This document shows, one piece after another, positions 9,893-20,168 of a DNA stretch of 64,000 bases. A model generated the notes under the pieces. It ran no database searches. It was not told where the DNA came from and saw nothing but the letters and a program-made list of their open reading frames with translations. Position 1 is the stretch's first letter. Each line of letters begins with the position of its first letter. The DNA is taken from the NCBI GenBank assembly GCA_963827235.1, contig CAWHAE010000020.1, forward strand, positions 192,001-256,000, written 5' to 3'. Made by a program: the position numbers and the translations under genes. The stretch is from an uncultured bacterium. Lineage in GTDB: Bacteria > Chloroflexota > UBA5177 > JANWHV01.

Positions 9893-10752
9893 GCCATCCC
9901 TATCGTGAGTTCGTCGACGAAGCATCGCGCCTGCTGGACCGGGCGCGCGCCCTGCCGCTCGGCGGCTTTGAGGCGGCCGCCCGTCCAGCGCTGGCCGCCG
10001 CGGCGCCCACTGTGCTTATCTTCGCACCGCATCCCGACGACGAATGCATCACCGGTGCCCTGCCGCTGCGCCTGCGCCGCGAGCTCGCCTATCGCGTGGC
10101 AGTAGTCGCCGTCACCCAGGGCAGCAAGGCGGCGCGCCAGGCGCCGCGCCTGTTGGAGCTGCGCGGCGCGCTTGGCTTCCTGGGCTTCGACCTGATCACC
10201 ACGCGCGAAGGCGGGCTGACTGGCATCAATCTCAAGTCGCGCGCCGCCGGCCCAGACGCCTGGGCCGAGGCGGTGGCGATCGTTGTCCGCATCATACGCG
10301 AACAGCGTCCGTTGGCCATCTTCGTGCCCCACGACGGGGACAGCAACCCGACACACATCGGCACGCATTACCTGGTGGCCGATGCCCTCGGTCGCCTGGG
10401 CGGCGAATTCGGCGGTTTGGTGGTGGAGTCGGAGTTCTGGGGCGCCATGGCCGACCCCAACCTCATGGTGCAGTCCAGCTCCGCGGACGTCGGTGATCTC
10501 GTGGCCGCGATAAGCTTCCACGTCGGTGAGGTGGAGCGCAATCCCTACCACGTGCTGCTGCCCTCCTGGATGTCGGACAATGTTCGCCGGGGAGGCGAGC
10601 TGACCGGGGGCTTCGGGGGCTCGGTGCCCGACTTCAACTTCGCCACGCTCTACCGCCTGCGCCGCTGGAACGGCCGCGATCTCGAGCCCGTGCTGAGCGA
10701 GAGCCTGCGCGTTCCCATGGACGGCAGCCTGGCCACGGTATTCGGCGCCTGA
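9889..10752 (+). CDS. PIG-L/LmbE family N-acetylhexosamine deacetylase
   Basis: FAPHPDDE metal motif and DSNPTH; 4-nt overlap with the ROK stop; AAGGAG RBS. Confidence 0.9.
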   Translation: MSHPYREFVDEASRLLDRARALPLGGFEAAARPALAAAAPTVLIFAPHPDDECITGALPLRLRRELAYRVAVVAVTQGSKAARQAPRLLELRGALGFLGFDLITTREGGLTGINLKSRAAGPDAWAEAVAIVVRIIREQRPLAIFVPHDGDSNPTHIGTHYLVADALGRLGGEFGGLVVESEFWGAMADPNLMVQSSSADVGDLVAAISFHVGEVERNPYHVLLPSWMSDNVRRGGELTGGFGGSVPDFNFATLYRLRRWNGRDLEPVLSESLRVPMDGSLATVFGA

Positions 10753-10860
10753 ACCGCGGGCACGGCCGAGGTCTCCGGTTCGCGACAGGTCGATCGCCTT
10801 AGCGTGCCTCGCATGGGGCCCCGGCACGGTATCCACGCGTCCTTGCCGGCAGACTCCGGG

Positions 10861-12717
10861 CTAGCCCGCCCTGGCCCATTCTGTCACGGCCCGGGTGACC
10901 CCTGTGGCACCCCTGCATTCCACGGCGAGCACCTGGCCTGCCAGGGCGCCGCGCGTGGAGAGGTTGCTCACGATCGTGCTCATGTCGTGCCCCATGTAGG
11001 TGACCACCAGCACGATCAGGTCGCTCAGCCGGACGCGATCGAGGATGTCTCGCTCGTTGACGCGGCCGCTCGTGGCGGGCGCCACGTCGTCCACGCGGGC
11101 GCCCCAGCGCTGGAGCTGCTCGCGTACTCGAAGGCGCGTGCTGTTGTGCCCTCCCACGATGGCGATGCGCTTGCCCGCCAGGGTGAATTGCTGCGCGGAG
11201 TCGCCTGCCCCGGAGACCCGGTCGGCTTGCCGGGCGGCGAGCATCTGCCGGTAGCGGGCACAGAGTATGTTTCGCCGGTCGAGGTCATAGAGCGAGCGGT
11301 ACAGCTCGCGTGATTGCGCCGGCATCGGTCCGTCGCCTGGTTCGTCTTCGTCCAGCGCCGTTCTCAGCATGTCCTCGTAGCTGGCGATCAGCGGTCGCCG
11401 CAGCAGCTCGGGATAATCGCCCAGGTTGTCCGTAATGGCATCCAGGATGTCGAATCGCTGGCCGGTGGTCAGCAGGCAGCGGCGATGGTCGCTCGCCGCC
11501 TCCTCCATCAAAGAGACCAGGCACCGGCCCTCGCGGCGCTGCAGGTGATTGTCCGCTACGAGCTGGTACACGCGCAGCAGGCGCTCCGGGTCCTCGATCC
11601 GGCGGGCTAGCTCAATTCCGGAAAGCACGAGCTGGTGCGGGCCATCGGCCGCGCGCTCCTCGTCGGTGGCACGGTCGCAGTAGGCGAACAGGCAATCGAG
11701 CACGCGCTCGCCGGGCACGTCGTCGTAGGCGCCCAGCCTGGCCAGCTCCACCATGGCCGCGAAGTCCGCCGCGTCGTACTCCGCGCGGGCGATGTCGGCC
11801 GGCGCACGCTCCAGTGCCAGGCGGTAGGGGGCGGCCGCGTCTCCGTACTGCCCTCGCCGCCAGTACATGCGGGCAAGGGCGAGCGCGGCGGGCACGGTGC
11901 GTGCTTCCGCCGCCTGCCAGCAGTACTCGAGATGCCCGAGCGCCCCGTCGTAGTCGCCGCGCGCCGCCTGCGCCACGCCCAGCAGGCCGCGCAGAGCCGG
12001 CGATGTCTCGTCCACGGCGACCTGCGCGATCACCTCGTCGTGCTTCTCGAGCGCCGACAGGACGTGCAAGCGGCCGGCGCGCGCCCGGCGGGCGGTCGCG
12101 GGCAGCGGCCCCTTTTCCAGCAGACCATAGACGTCGAGACACTCCTCGTACGATCCCAGCTCGGCCAGCGTCTCGGCATGGAGCAAACCGGCCTCGAACG
12201 TTGCCGGATCGGCGGCATCGAACAGCCGTTCGAGCAGCGTCCGGCGCTCATCCGGCGGCAGACGGCGGGCATCGGCGAGTAGGGTCGAGACGCCGCCCGC
12301 TGGTGCCGGCGCGGCGTGAGCCCTCTCGTCGTCGTTGGCCGCGGCGACGGCGTTGGTCGCCGCCGCGCCTTCCGTCCCGGCACCGGCCGGTGCCTTCACC
12401 GGTGCGCTCTCCGCGATCGGCGATGAAGCCGGCCGAGCAGGCGGCTCGGTTGCGCGGGCAGCCGGCGAGCCCAGTCCGATCAAGATCTGCATCTCGATCC
12501 CCGGCCACTTTCCCCTCAGGCCGCCGGGCGTGTCCAGCACGGCACAGCCGAAGGTGTAGGTCTGGCCGATCAGGGGAATCGGGGCATGCCGCCTGCCCGG
12601 ATAGAGGCGGTCGAGGGCCTCGCACAGGGTACGAGCCTGATCCGCCGTACAGCGTACTCGCACCAGGGCGCCGCGGCCCCCACCCGGAGCCGCCTCGATG
12701 GCGTGGTCGATGGTCAT
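10861..12717 (-). CDS. TPR-repeat protein with C-terminal DUF2325-like domain
   Basis: TPR-like helices (LALARMYWRRGQYGDAAAPYRLAL); C-terminal RIAIVGGH...DLIVLVVTYMGH pattern of DUF2325. Confidence 0.7.
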   Translation of the reverse strand: MTIDHAIEAAPGGGRGALVRVRCTADQARTLCEALDRLYPGRRHAPIPLIGQTYTFGCAVLDTPGGLRGKWPGIEMQILIGLGSPAARATEPPARPASSPIAESAPVKAPAGAGTEGAAATNAVAAANDDERAHAAPAPAGGVSTLLADARRLPPDERRTLLERLFDAADPATFEAGLLHAETLAELGSYEECLDVYGLLEKGPLPATARRARAGRLHVLSALEKHDEVIAQVAVDETSPALRGLLGVAQAARGDYDGALGHLEYCWQAAEARTVPAALALARMYWRRGQYGDAAAPYRLALERAPADIARAEYDAADFAAMVELARLGAYDDVPGERVLDCLFAYCDRATDEERAADGPHQLVLSGIELARRIEDPERLLRVYQLVADNHLQRREGRCLVSLMEEAASDHRRCLLTTGQRFDILDAITDNLGDYPELLRRPLIASYEDMLRTALDEDEPGDGPMPAQSRELYRSLYDLDRRNILCARYRQMLAARQADRVSGAGDSAQQFTLAGKRIAIVGGHNSTRLRVREQLQRWGARVDDVAPATSGRVNERDILDRVRLSDLIVLVVTYMGHDMSTIVSNLSTRGALAGQVLAVECRGATGVTRAVTEWARAG

Positions 12718-12872
12718 CGTGTTTCCGCTTCAATCGCCAGCGCGCTCGACGCAACCTGCGGTCGCGCGGCGTGGACGAGTCTCCCCAAGACACGACCACC
12801 GGCAAGAAGATACACGGCCACCCATCCTGACCGCGCACTTCCCCCGCGATCCGGGCAGGCCGCGACGAGACC

Positions 12873-12947
12873 TGGAGGCGACGGTCGGAATCGAACCGAC
12901 GATAGGGGTTTTGCAGACCCCCGCCTTAACCACTTGGCGACGTCGCC
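12873..12947 (-). tRNA. tRNA-Cys (anticodon GCA)
   Basis: GGCGACGTCGCCAAGTGGTTAAGGC...CTGCAAA...GTTCGATTCCGACCGTCGCCTCCA. Confidence 0.97.
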
Positions 12948-13034
12948 CAATACACCGTCATGATAGCGAAGGGCCTGCTGCCGGTCAAACTGCAGGCGAG
13001 CCACGTGCAGTTTCCTCGCCGACCCGGTGCCGGG

Positions 13035-14483
13035 CTACGCGCCCGGCCAGGTCAGTGTTTCCGTGGCGGCCGCCGCGAGCTGCAGGCGAATGGTCATGCC
13101 TCGCCAGCACACCGCGAAGGCCTGGCTCGCTCGGGAACGGTTGTAGACTACCAGTACCAGCGACCGATCGGGATTCCTGAACGCCACGTCTTCCAGTCCC
13201 GAGGCAAAGGAGGTGGAAGCGATGCGATAGGCCCCTGGGGCGACGAACTTGCTGAACTGCCCGATCTGGTAGTAGTAGCGCGTGAAAGAGTAGGTGCCCG
13301 CCGCCTGATCGACTGTCGCCAGGCCGATACAGCCCAGGCAGTTGATGTTCCTCGGCAGCGGGCCGCCGGACTTGTCCAGTGCGATGTTCCACATCACGCC
13401 GGAGCGCGACCAGTTGCGCGCCGCGTTGATGAACAGGTCGGCAGGGTTTGCCGCGGACGACTCCGTCTCGTACGTGTCCTTGGCCGGAAAGAGCCCGTGC
13501 ACCACGGTCATGGCGCTCGACGACCCGTAATATGTATGCCACGCAGTGCCGGCCAGGTACGTCTCCGCGGCCGCGTTGCTCAGCAGCGTCTCGGGATAAC
13601 CGGGCTCGCTCCAGTTGTGGTCGAAGCCCAGGATCTTGGGGTGCAGGCCGGCGGCGGCTAGGGCAGGGCCCAGGTCTTGGGCGATGAAGCGAGCCTCGTC
13701 CGCGGCCGGCCAGTACATGCTCGGGTACGCGGTCTGCGCCAGCGGCTCGTTCTGCGGCTGCACGGCATAGATCGCCAGGCCTTCCGCTTGGTAGGCCTGC
13801 AGGAACTTCACGAAGTAGGCGGCCAGGGCATCGTAATACTGCGGCAGCAGGGTCCCGCCGCCGACCAGACTGTCGTTGCTCTTCATCCAGGCTGGCGGGC
13901 TCCACGGGTTCGCGTTGAGCTTGATCGCCGGGTTGATGCGCAGTGCCTGCTGCAAGAGCGGAACGATGTAAGACAGGTCGTGCTCGATCGAGAAGCCGGC
14001 GAGCTGCGGATCGGCGGCGCCGTCGTCGTAGGAGTAGTAGTGGTCGTGCGTGTAGTCGGAGGAGCCCATTGGGATTCGCACCCAGTCGATCCCGATGCCG
14101 TTCGCGCGGCTGAACAGGGCCTGCATCAGGCGTGCGCGCGTCGCGTCGCTCAGCTTGGCGGCGATCAGCCAAGCCGAGGTATCGGTCAAGGCGGCGCCAA
14201 AACCGTCCATCTGCTGATAGGTGGTGCCGTCGTCTATCGCGATTGCCGGTCCGCTCGCCGCGGTTCCCGGCGCGAAGCGAGCATCCGGTTGGGGGCCAAG
14301 CGCGGTCGAGAGGTCGGCGGTGGTGAGCCAGGCGCGCACCACCGCCGTGCCTCCGGCTGCCCCTGCGGGGTAAGCACCCAGCACGAAGATCAGCAGCAGT
14401 GCTGAGCAACAGCGCGCCACGGTTGCGTGTTCTGGCACGCGGAAGGCAGGTGCCCGACGGCGCCCCGGCCGATGGTGAATCAC
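13035..14483 (-). CDS. Secreted glycoside hydrolase family 30
   Basis: YQQMDGFGAALTD, RIPMGSSDY, PWSPPAWMK, acid/base QNEP, nucleophile YETE, GQFSKFV; signal peptide; true start may be GTG 14438 or 14420. Confidence 0.9.
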   Translation of the reverse strand: MIHHRPGRRRAPAFRVPEHATVARCCSALLLIFVLGAYPAGAAGGTAVVRAWLTTADLSTALGPQPDARFAPGTAASGPAIAIDDGTTYQQMDGFGAALTDTSAWLIAAKLSDATRARLMQALFSRANGIGIDWVRIPMGSSDYTHDHYYSYDDGAADPQLAGFSIEHDLSYIVPLLQQALRINPAIKLNANPWSPPAWMKSNDSLVGGGTLLPQYYDALAAYFVKFLQAYQAEGLAIYAVQPQNEPLAQTAYPSMYWPAADEARFIAQDLGPALAAAGLHPKILGFDHNWSEPGYPETLLSNAAAETYLAGTAWHTYYGSSSAMTVVHGLFPAKDTYETESSAANPADLFINAARNWSRSGVMWNIALDKSGGPLPRNINCLGCIGLATVDQAAGTYSFTRYYYQIGQFSKFVAPGAYRIASTSFASGLEDVAFRNPDRSLVLVVYNRSRASQAFAVCWRGMTIRLQLAAAATETLTWPGA

Positions 14484-14689
14484 CGTTAGGCTCCCACGAC
14501 CTCAGCGAACGACTCGTGGCTTCCAGCCTACCAGACACGACCGTTTCCTGCCAGGCACCTTCCGCCGCCGCGCGGATCTGTCTGCCACGAACGCGCCGGG
14601 CAACACCTCCTTCCTGCCCGTGCGCTGAGCGAGGTTGAGTGGAGCGGCACTGCGTCGCACAGCCTGCTCTTTGCGCCCGCCCGTTCGGG

Positions 14690-15820
14690 CTAGTCGGCCT
14701 GGCCCGAGGTGGGAGCGGCGTTCTGGCCCTCCTGCGCCGGTGCGCCGCCCGACGGTCGGATCGGAAGCCCTCCAATGCGTGTCAGTGGAACTGCGACCAG
14801 CTGCAGGAGGACGACGCCGACCAGCACGCAGCCGCGCCAGACCTGCTGCCAATCCTGCCCGACGCCCTTGAGATCCAGGATGTTGGGCAGAATGCCGACC
14901 ACTAGCAGTCCCACCACCGTGCCGCGCATGGTGCCCGAGCCGCCGCTCAGCAACGTTCCGCCCACCACCACGGCGGTGATGGCGATAAACTCGTACCCCT
15001 GTCCCGCCGTGGGCGGCGCCGACGACAGGCGGGAGGCGAACACCACGCCGGCCACGCCCGCCAGGGCGCCGGTAAGCGCGTAGAGCATCACCTTGACGCG
15101 CCGCACGCGCACGCCGAGCAGCAGCGCCGCCGCTTCGTTGCCGCCGATCGCGTAGACGTGACGGCCGAACCTGGTGTAGCGGAGCACGTAGGCTACGGCC
15201 AGCACGACGGCGAGCAGCACGTAGACCGTCAGCGGCAGGCCGAAGAGTTGCGTCTTCTCCAACTGAAGGATCCGGTTGCCCGGTTCCACAGCGATCGCGG
15301 TGGCATTTTCGTTTCCGGAGAAGATGTTGGCGAACTGCTGCGTCAGCCCGCGCACGATATAGAGCATAGCCAGGGTGACGATGAACGGTGGTACGGTCGT
15401 GAAGGCGATCACGGTGCCGCTGCATGCACCCAGGGCGCCGCAGGCGATCACGGGCACGATCATCGCGGCCAGCAACCCGTGGTTCGACTGCGAGGCGCAG
15501 AAGAAGGCGCCCAGGGCTAGCATGGATCCCATCGAAAGGTCGATGCCGCCGGTCAGTATGGCCAGCATCTGGGCCACGGCGAGGATGCCGTAAGCCGGAA
15601 GCTGGTCGGCCAGGTTTTGCATGTTGCCCCGCGTCATGAAGCCGGAGGAGGCCACCATGCAGGCGATCAGCAGCACGACCAGCAGGACGGTCCCGATCTC
15701 GCGGCTCAGCAGCGCGAGCACGTGATTGCGCGCGTAGAGTGCCGGCGCCAATCCCGTGCCGTCCGGCGGCTCGCTTCGTCGCCGCCCGCTGCCCGACGAG
15801 GCGGGTTGTGAGTCCATCAT
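14690..15820 (-). CDS. Monosaccharide ABC transporter permease (RbsC-like)
   Basis: ILTGGIDLSMG, TRFGRHVYAIGGNEAAA, ITAVVVGGT motifs. Confidence 0.93.
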   Translation of the reverse strand: MMDSQPASSGSGRRRSEPPDGTGLAPALYARNHVLALLSREIGTVLLVVLLIACMVASSGFMTRGNMQNLADQLPAYGILAVAQMLAILTGGIDLSMGSMLALGAFFCASQSNHGLLAAMIVPVIACGALGACSGTVIAFTTVPPFIVTLAMLYIVRGLTQQFANIFSGNENATAIAVEPGNRILQLEKTQLFGLPLTVYVLLAVVLAVAYVLRYTRFGRHVYAIGGNEAAALLLGVRVRRVKVMLYALTGALAGVAGVVFASRLSSAPPTAGQGYEFIAITAVVVGGTLLSGGSGTMRGTVVGLLVVGILPNILDLKGVGQDWQQVWRGCVLVGVVLLQLVAVPLTRIGGLPIRPSGGAPAQEGQNAAPTSGQAD

Positions 15821-15832
15821 CCACTCCTTGTT

Positions 15833-16879
15833 CTACGCGGTGCCGCCGCCCTGCAGAATCACGGCTCCCAGGAGCACCAATCCCTGCGCGATGAGCTGGA
15901 AGTTGGTCGGCATGCCGGCCAGCACCATGTCCGCGAACAGCACGGTCAGGATCAGGCCGCCCACCAGAGTGCGCCAGACGCTTCCGATGCCGCCCCAGAG
16001 GGCGCTGCCGCCGACCACTACGGCGGTGATCGTGCTGAGTTCCCACTGGAAGCCGTCGTTGAACGGGTCGCTGCTGGAGTTGTACGAGGCAAGGAGCACA
16101 CCGGCCAGTCCGGCGAGCAGGCCGCTGATCGCATAGACCACGGTCTTGACGCGCTCGGGCGAGACACCCGAGAGTCGTGCCGCTCGCTCGTTGCCGCCCA
16201 CGGCGAACACCCCGCGTCCCAGCACAGTGCGGGCCAGGAACAGGGCGGCCAGCGCGTAGACTGCCAGGACGATGATCACCGAGATCGGGATGGACCCGAT
16301 GTACGGCAGATCGCTGCCGATTTGCTTCACCGCGATGTTGACGAAGTCCCCGTACTTGGGATCCGTGCCCAGGTCCACCGGCCCGTCGCTGGCAAACAGC
16401 TCGGCCAGGCCGCGGATGGCAATCATCATGGCAAGCGTCACCACGATAGGCTGGACCTTGGCCCGGGCGATGATCGTTCCCGAGAGCAGTCCCACGAGGG
16501 TGGTGACCACGATTGGCGCCACGATGGCTACCGGGATCGAATGACCCGTGGTCAGCAGCGTGCCGCAGAGCGCCGAGCTCATGCCGAGCTGCGATCCCAC
16601 CGAGAGGTCGATCCCTGCCGTGAGGATTACCAGGGTCTGGCCGCAGGCGATCAGGGCCCATGAGAGGCAGAAGTTCTGCAGAAGAGGCCGGATGTTGCTG
16701 CCGAGCAGGAAGTTCGAGCTGTAGAGTTGGCCGACGACGACCAGGATGACGAGCGCAGCGATGGCCCCGTAGCGCCGCGCCAGGGCGAAGAGGCGATAGC
16801 GGAGTAGATCGCTCGAGGACGCGGCAGCTACCGCCGGTCCCCTGCCGAGCCGGCTGCCGATCGGAGCAGGGCTCGTCAT
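15833..16879 (-). CDS. Monosaccharide ABC transporter permease (RbsC-like)
   Basis: LTAGIDLSVG, GRGVFAVGGNERAARLSG, ITAVVVGG motifs. Confidence 0.93.
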   Translation of the reverse strand: MTSPAPIGSRLGRGPAVAAASSSDLLRYRLFALARRYGAIAALVILVVVGQLYSSNFLLGSNIRPLLQNFCLSWALIACGQTLVILTAGIDLSVGSQLGMSSALCGTLLTTGHSIPVAIVAPIVVTTLVGLLSGTIIARAKVQPIVVTLAMMIAIRGLAELFASDGPVDLGTDPKYGDFVNIAVKQIGSDLPYIGSIPISVIIVLAVYALAALFLARTVLGRGVFAVGGNERAARLSGVSPERVKTVVYAISGLLAGLAGVLLASYNSSSDPFNDGFQWELSTITAVVVGGSALWGGIGSVWRTLVGGLILTVLFADMVLAGMPTNFQLIAQGLVLLGAVILQGGGTA

Positions 16880-16917
16880 GTCACTGCACTCCAGTCACTC
16901 AACGGGCGAAACATCCG

Positions 16918-18435
16918 TCATCCCTCCGAAATGGCCTGCAGGACGCGGTCCTCGCTCGCCTCGTGATGGGCGAGCTCGCCCAGCTTGCGGCCGTCCTTCA
17001 TGATTGCGACGCGATCGCTGCCCTCGACCACCTCCTCCAGCTCCGAGGAGATCATCATGATGCCCATGCCTTGCTCGCGGGCAAGCTCCTGGATCAGGCG
17101 CTGGATCTCGAGCTTGGCTCCCACGTCGATTCCTCGAGTAGGCTCGTCGAGGATGAGCAGTCGCGGATTGCGACACAGCCAGCGTGCCAGGATCACCTTC
17201 TGCTGGTTGCCGCCTGAAAGATTGCGCACCGGCGTGCTCGCGGAAGGAGTCTTGATGTCCAGCTTGCGAATCATCTCGTCTACGACCCGGCGTTGCCGCG
17301 CCGGATCGAGCACGCCGAGGCGCTGGAACAGCGGCAGGGCCGCCAGCAAGATGTTGTCCTGGACGGATAAGGGTGCGATGATGCCTTCAGTCTTACGGTC
17401 CTCACTCACGAAGCCCAGCCCGGCGCGAACCGCATCCTGCGGGGCGCGAATTCGACGCTGCCTGCCCCCCACCGCGATCGTGCCCGTGTCGGCTTTGTCG
17501 GCGCCGAATACGGCGCGGGCCAGCTCCGTACGTCCGGATCCGAGCAGTCCGGCCAGGCCCAGGATCTCGCCGCGGTTCACGCGCACGGAGACGCCGAGCG
17601 GGGCGCGGCCACGGGTCAGGTTTCGGACCTCCAGTACATTCTCCTGCGAGGCATCGTGCACGGCCTCAGAGAAAGCCGTGAGACCGGACGCCCGCACCTC
17701 CTCCGGTTTGCGGCCAAGCATCATGGCCACGAGCGAGAGGGTGTCGGTTTCCGCCGTGCGAAGCGTAGCCACGAGCTCGCCGTTGCGAAGCACGGTGACC
17801 CGATCGGACAGCGTGAAGATCTCGTCCAGGCGGTGACTGATGTAGATAATGCCGACGTCGTGCGACTTGAGCCTGCCGATGACCTCGAACAGTACCTTGA
17901 CCTCGGCAGTGTCCAGGGACGAAGTCGGCTCGTCCATCACGACCAGTCCCGCCTCCAGTGACACGGCGCGCGCCAGCGCCACCATTTGCTGCAGGGCCAC
18001 GCTGAGCTGCATGACGGGCACGCGCAGGTCGAGGTGCACGCCGAGAGTGCCGAGCAACCGCGCCGACTCTCGCCGCATCCGGCCCCAGTCCACTCGCTTC
18101 GAGCGCGTATGGGGCTCTCGTCCCAAGAAGATGTTCTCGGGCGCGGACATGTAGGGAATGAGGTTCACCTCCTGATAAATCGTGGCGATGCCCGCGGCCT
18201 GGGCTGCTGCCGGCGTGGAGTAGGAAACCTCCTTCCCATCGAGGCTGATGTGCCCGCTGTCCTTGGGGTAGGCACCGGTCAGTATCTTGATCAGCGTGGA
18301 TTTGCCGGCTCCGTTGTGGCCGACGAGCGCGTGTACCTCACCCCGCTGCACGTCGAAGTCGACTCCCGAGAGGGCGCGCACGCCGGGGAAGGACTTGTTG
18401 ATTCCCCTCATCACGAGGAGTGACTGGGAGCTCAT
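16918..18435 (-). CDS. Sugar ABC transporter ATP-binding protein (two NBDs, RbsA-like)
   Basis: GHNGAGKST, VMDEPT, LSGGNQQK, DEPTRGIDVGAK. Confidence 0.95.
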   Translation of the reverse strand: MSSQSLLVMRGINKSFPGVRALSGVDFDVQRGEVHALVGHNGAGKSTLIKILTGAYPKDSGHISLDGKEVSYSTPAAAQAAGIATIYQEVNLIPYMSAPENIFLGREPHTRSKRVDWGRMRRESARLLGTLGVHLDLRVPVMQLSVALQQMVALARAVSLEAGLVVMDEPTSSLDTAEVKVLFEVIGRLKSHDVGIIYISHRLDEIFTLSDRVTVLRNGELVATLRTAETDTLSLVAMMLGRKPEEVRASGLTAFSEAVHDASQENVLEVRNLTRGRAPLGVSVRVNRGEILGLAGLLGSGRTELARAVFGADKADTGTIAVGGRQRRIRAPQDAVRAGLGFVSEDRKTEGIIAPLSVQDNILLAALPLFQRLGVLDPARQRRVVDEMIRKLDIKTPSASTPVRNLSGGNQQKVILARWLCRNPRLLILDEPTRGIDVGAKLEIQRLIQELAREQGMGIMMISSELEEVVEGSDRVAIMKDGRKLGELAHHEASEDRVLQAISEG

Positions 18436-18788
18436 CCAATTCTCACAAGCTCAGCCTTGCGACATGTCGAGCCGGCAGTGCCCCACCACGACCACCGGCC
18501 CGACACGTCGCCCGGCAACTGGTTGATGACTGCGCCCGACGACGCATCGGTTGTGTTTCGCACCCCGCCGCTCGCCGGTGCGTCTTCTAGGCTCGGCGCG
18601 ATATGGATGCCTCCGTGCTTCAGCCCGGGGATCCTGCTCGCTTCGCCCACATGCGGGATGCTTTCCCTCTTCACTGCCCAGGAAGGCGCGGGGAAGACTT
18701 GCCGTTCCCAGCCGGCCGGCCGCTGCCTGCCGACATGCGTCCATGAGAGCCGGTCACGAACAGGCCAGGCACGTAGGAAGCCGCGTGC

Positions 18789-19850
18789 CTAGAAACCGGT
18801 GCTGAGCAGCGATGCCGCGTTGTCCTTGGTGTAGGTCAGGTCGGTGTTGACGATCTTGCCGGGGATCGGTTTGCCGGCGAAGTAGTCGTCGATCACCTTG
18901 AAGGTCGGCGGGCCGAAGTGCGGGTTGCATTGCACGCAGATCGTGACCACGCCTTGGGCCACCAGCGAGATGACCGCCTTCTGACCGTCCATCGAGCCGA
19001 TGTAGACCTTCTTGGTGAAGCCTGCCTGCTTCATGGCCTGAATTGCGCCCAGCGTCATGGCATCGTTGTGTGCGTAGATCAGGTCGATCTTGCTGCCGAA
19101 CTTGGTCAGCCAGCTTGTCATAATCTTCTTGGCCGTGGTCAGCGTGAAGTCGCCGTCTTGTGAGTCCAGCTGCGTGAAACGCTTCAGCGGGTCAATTACG
19201 CCATGGAAACCCTTGCCGCGGTCGATCGCCGGCGAAGCGCCGGTGCTGCCGCGAAGCTCCACGTAGTTGATCGCCGCGCTGCCCGTCGACTTGGCCAGGT
19301 AGTTGGCTACCTTTTGACCCTCGAGAATAAAGTTGGACTCGATCTCGGTAACGAACGTCGTGCCCGGCTTCTCGCCGGTGTCGCGGTCGATCAGGATGGC
19401 CGGCACCCCGGCGGCGAGGCACTTGGCGGTGGCGGCCCGCAGCGGCTGCACTTCGCGCGGCGTGATCACGATCAGGTCGGCCCCGGAGGCGATCATGTCG
19501 CCCACGTCGCTCACCTGCTTGTTGGTGTCGCTGTTGGCGATCGTGGACATGTAGTCGTAGCGGTCCTGCAGCGAAGCAGCGGTTGCCGCCATGCTGCTGG
19601 TCTCGGCAGTGCGCCAGCCGTTGTCCAGCTCAGACTGGGAGAAGCCGATCAGATACTTGACCTTCTTCTTCGCATGCGCAGGGGTGAGGTTAGGGTTCGT
19701 CGCCGCCATCACCTGCATGGCGTGGAATGGATCGAGGGCGGATGCCGCCACTGCCGCGGTGAGGCCCAGGCCCGCCGCGCCCCGCAGGAAATCGAACCGG
19801 TTGACCTTGCCGGCACGGAGGTCGGCAGCCAGGTTGTCTAGCTCACGCAT
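18789..19850 (-). CDS. Sugar ABC transporter substrate-binding protein (RbsB/YtfQ-like), Tat-like leader
   Basis: NRFDFLRGAAGLG leader; IGFSQSE..GWRTAET, IDRGKGF, YAHNDAMTLGAIQA. Confidence 0.9.
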   Translation of the reverse strand: MRELDNLAADLRAGKVNRFDFLRGAAGLGLTAAVAASALDPFHAMQVMAATNPNLTPAHAKKKVKYLIGFSQSELDNGWRTAETSSMAATAASLQDRYDYMSTIANSDTNKQVSDVGDMIASGADLIVITPREVQPLRAATAKCLAAGVPAILIDRDTGEKPGTTFVTEIESNFILEGQKVANYLAKSTGSAAINYVELRGSTGASPAIDRGKGFHGVIDPLKRFTQLDSQDGDFTLTTAKKIMTSWLTKFGSKIDLIYAHNDAMTLGAIQAMKQAGFTKKVYIGSMDGQKAVISLVAQGVVTICVQCNPHFGPPTFKVIDDYFAGKPIPGKIVNTDLTYTKDNAASLLSTGF

Positions 19851-20042
19851 TACGTCTCATCCTTGACTAGTGCATCGCACGTTTAACGACACGTCCCAGA
19901 TGAATCTGCATTGCTCGTGCGCCGCGCGGACCCCGGTTCCTCCAGGCCGGGCAGCCCGACTGGTCGCAAGCGTGCCGCCGCATACGGCACCCAGCAGGGG
20001 ACTCCACGTGCCGATTGCCGAGAGTCCTTGATGCCGCGCTCA

Positions 20043-20109
20043 ATGCTAGGTGTGGGTAGATAGGTGGGTCAATGGGGGAATCTCCCGGTTTCGGGGGGGA
20101 ATTGCCGGT
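20043..20109 (-). promoter_or_regulatory. sigma70 promoter of the sugar ABC operon with two upstream direct repeats
   Basis: Minus strand TTGACC (20067-20072)-N18-TAGCAT (20043-20048); GGGGGAAT..CCGG repeats at 20074 and 20095 (21-bp period). Confidence 0.6.
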
Positions 20110-20168
20110 AATCCATGCCGCTGAGTCCGCGCTTGTCTGACATCCACGCTTCTTACACGGGAATAGAT

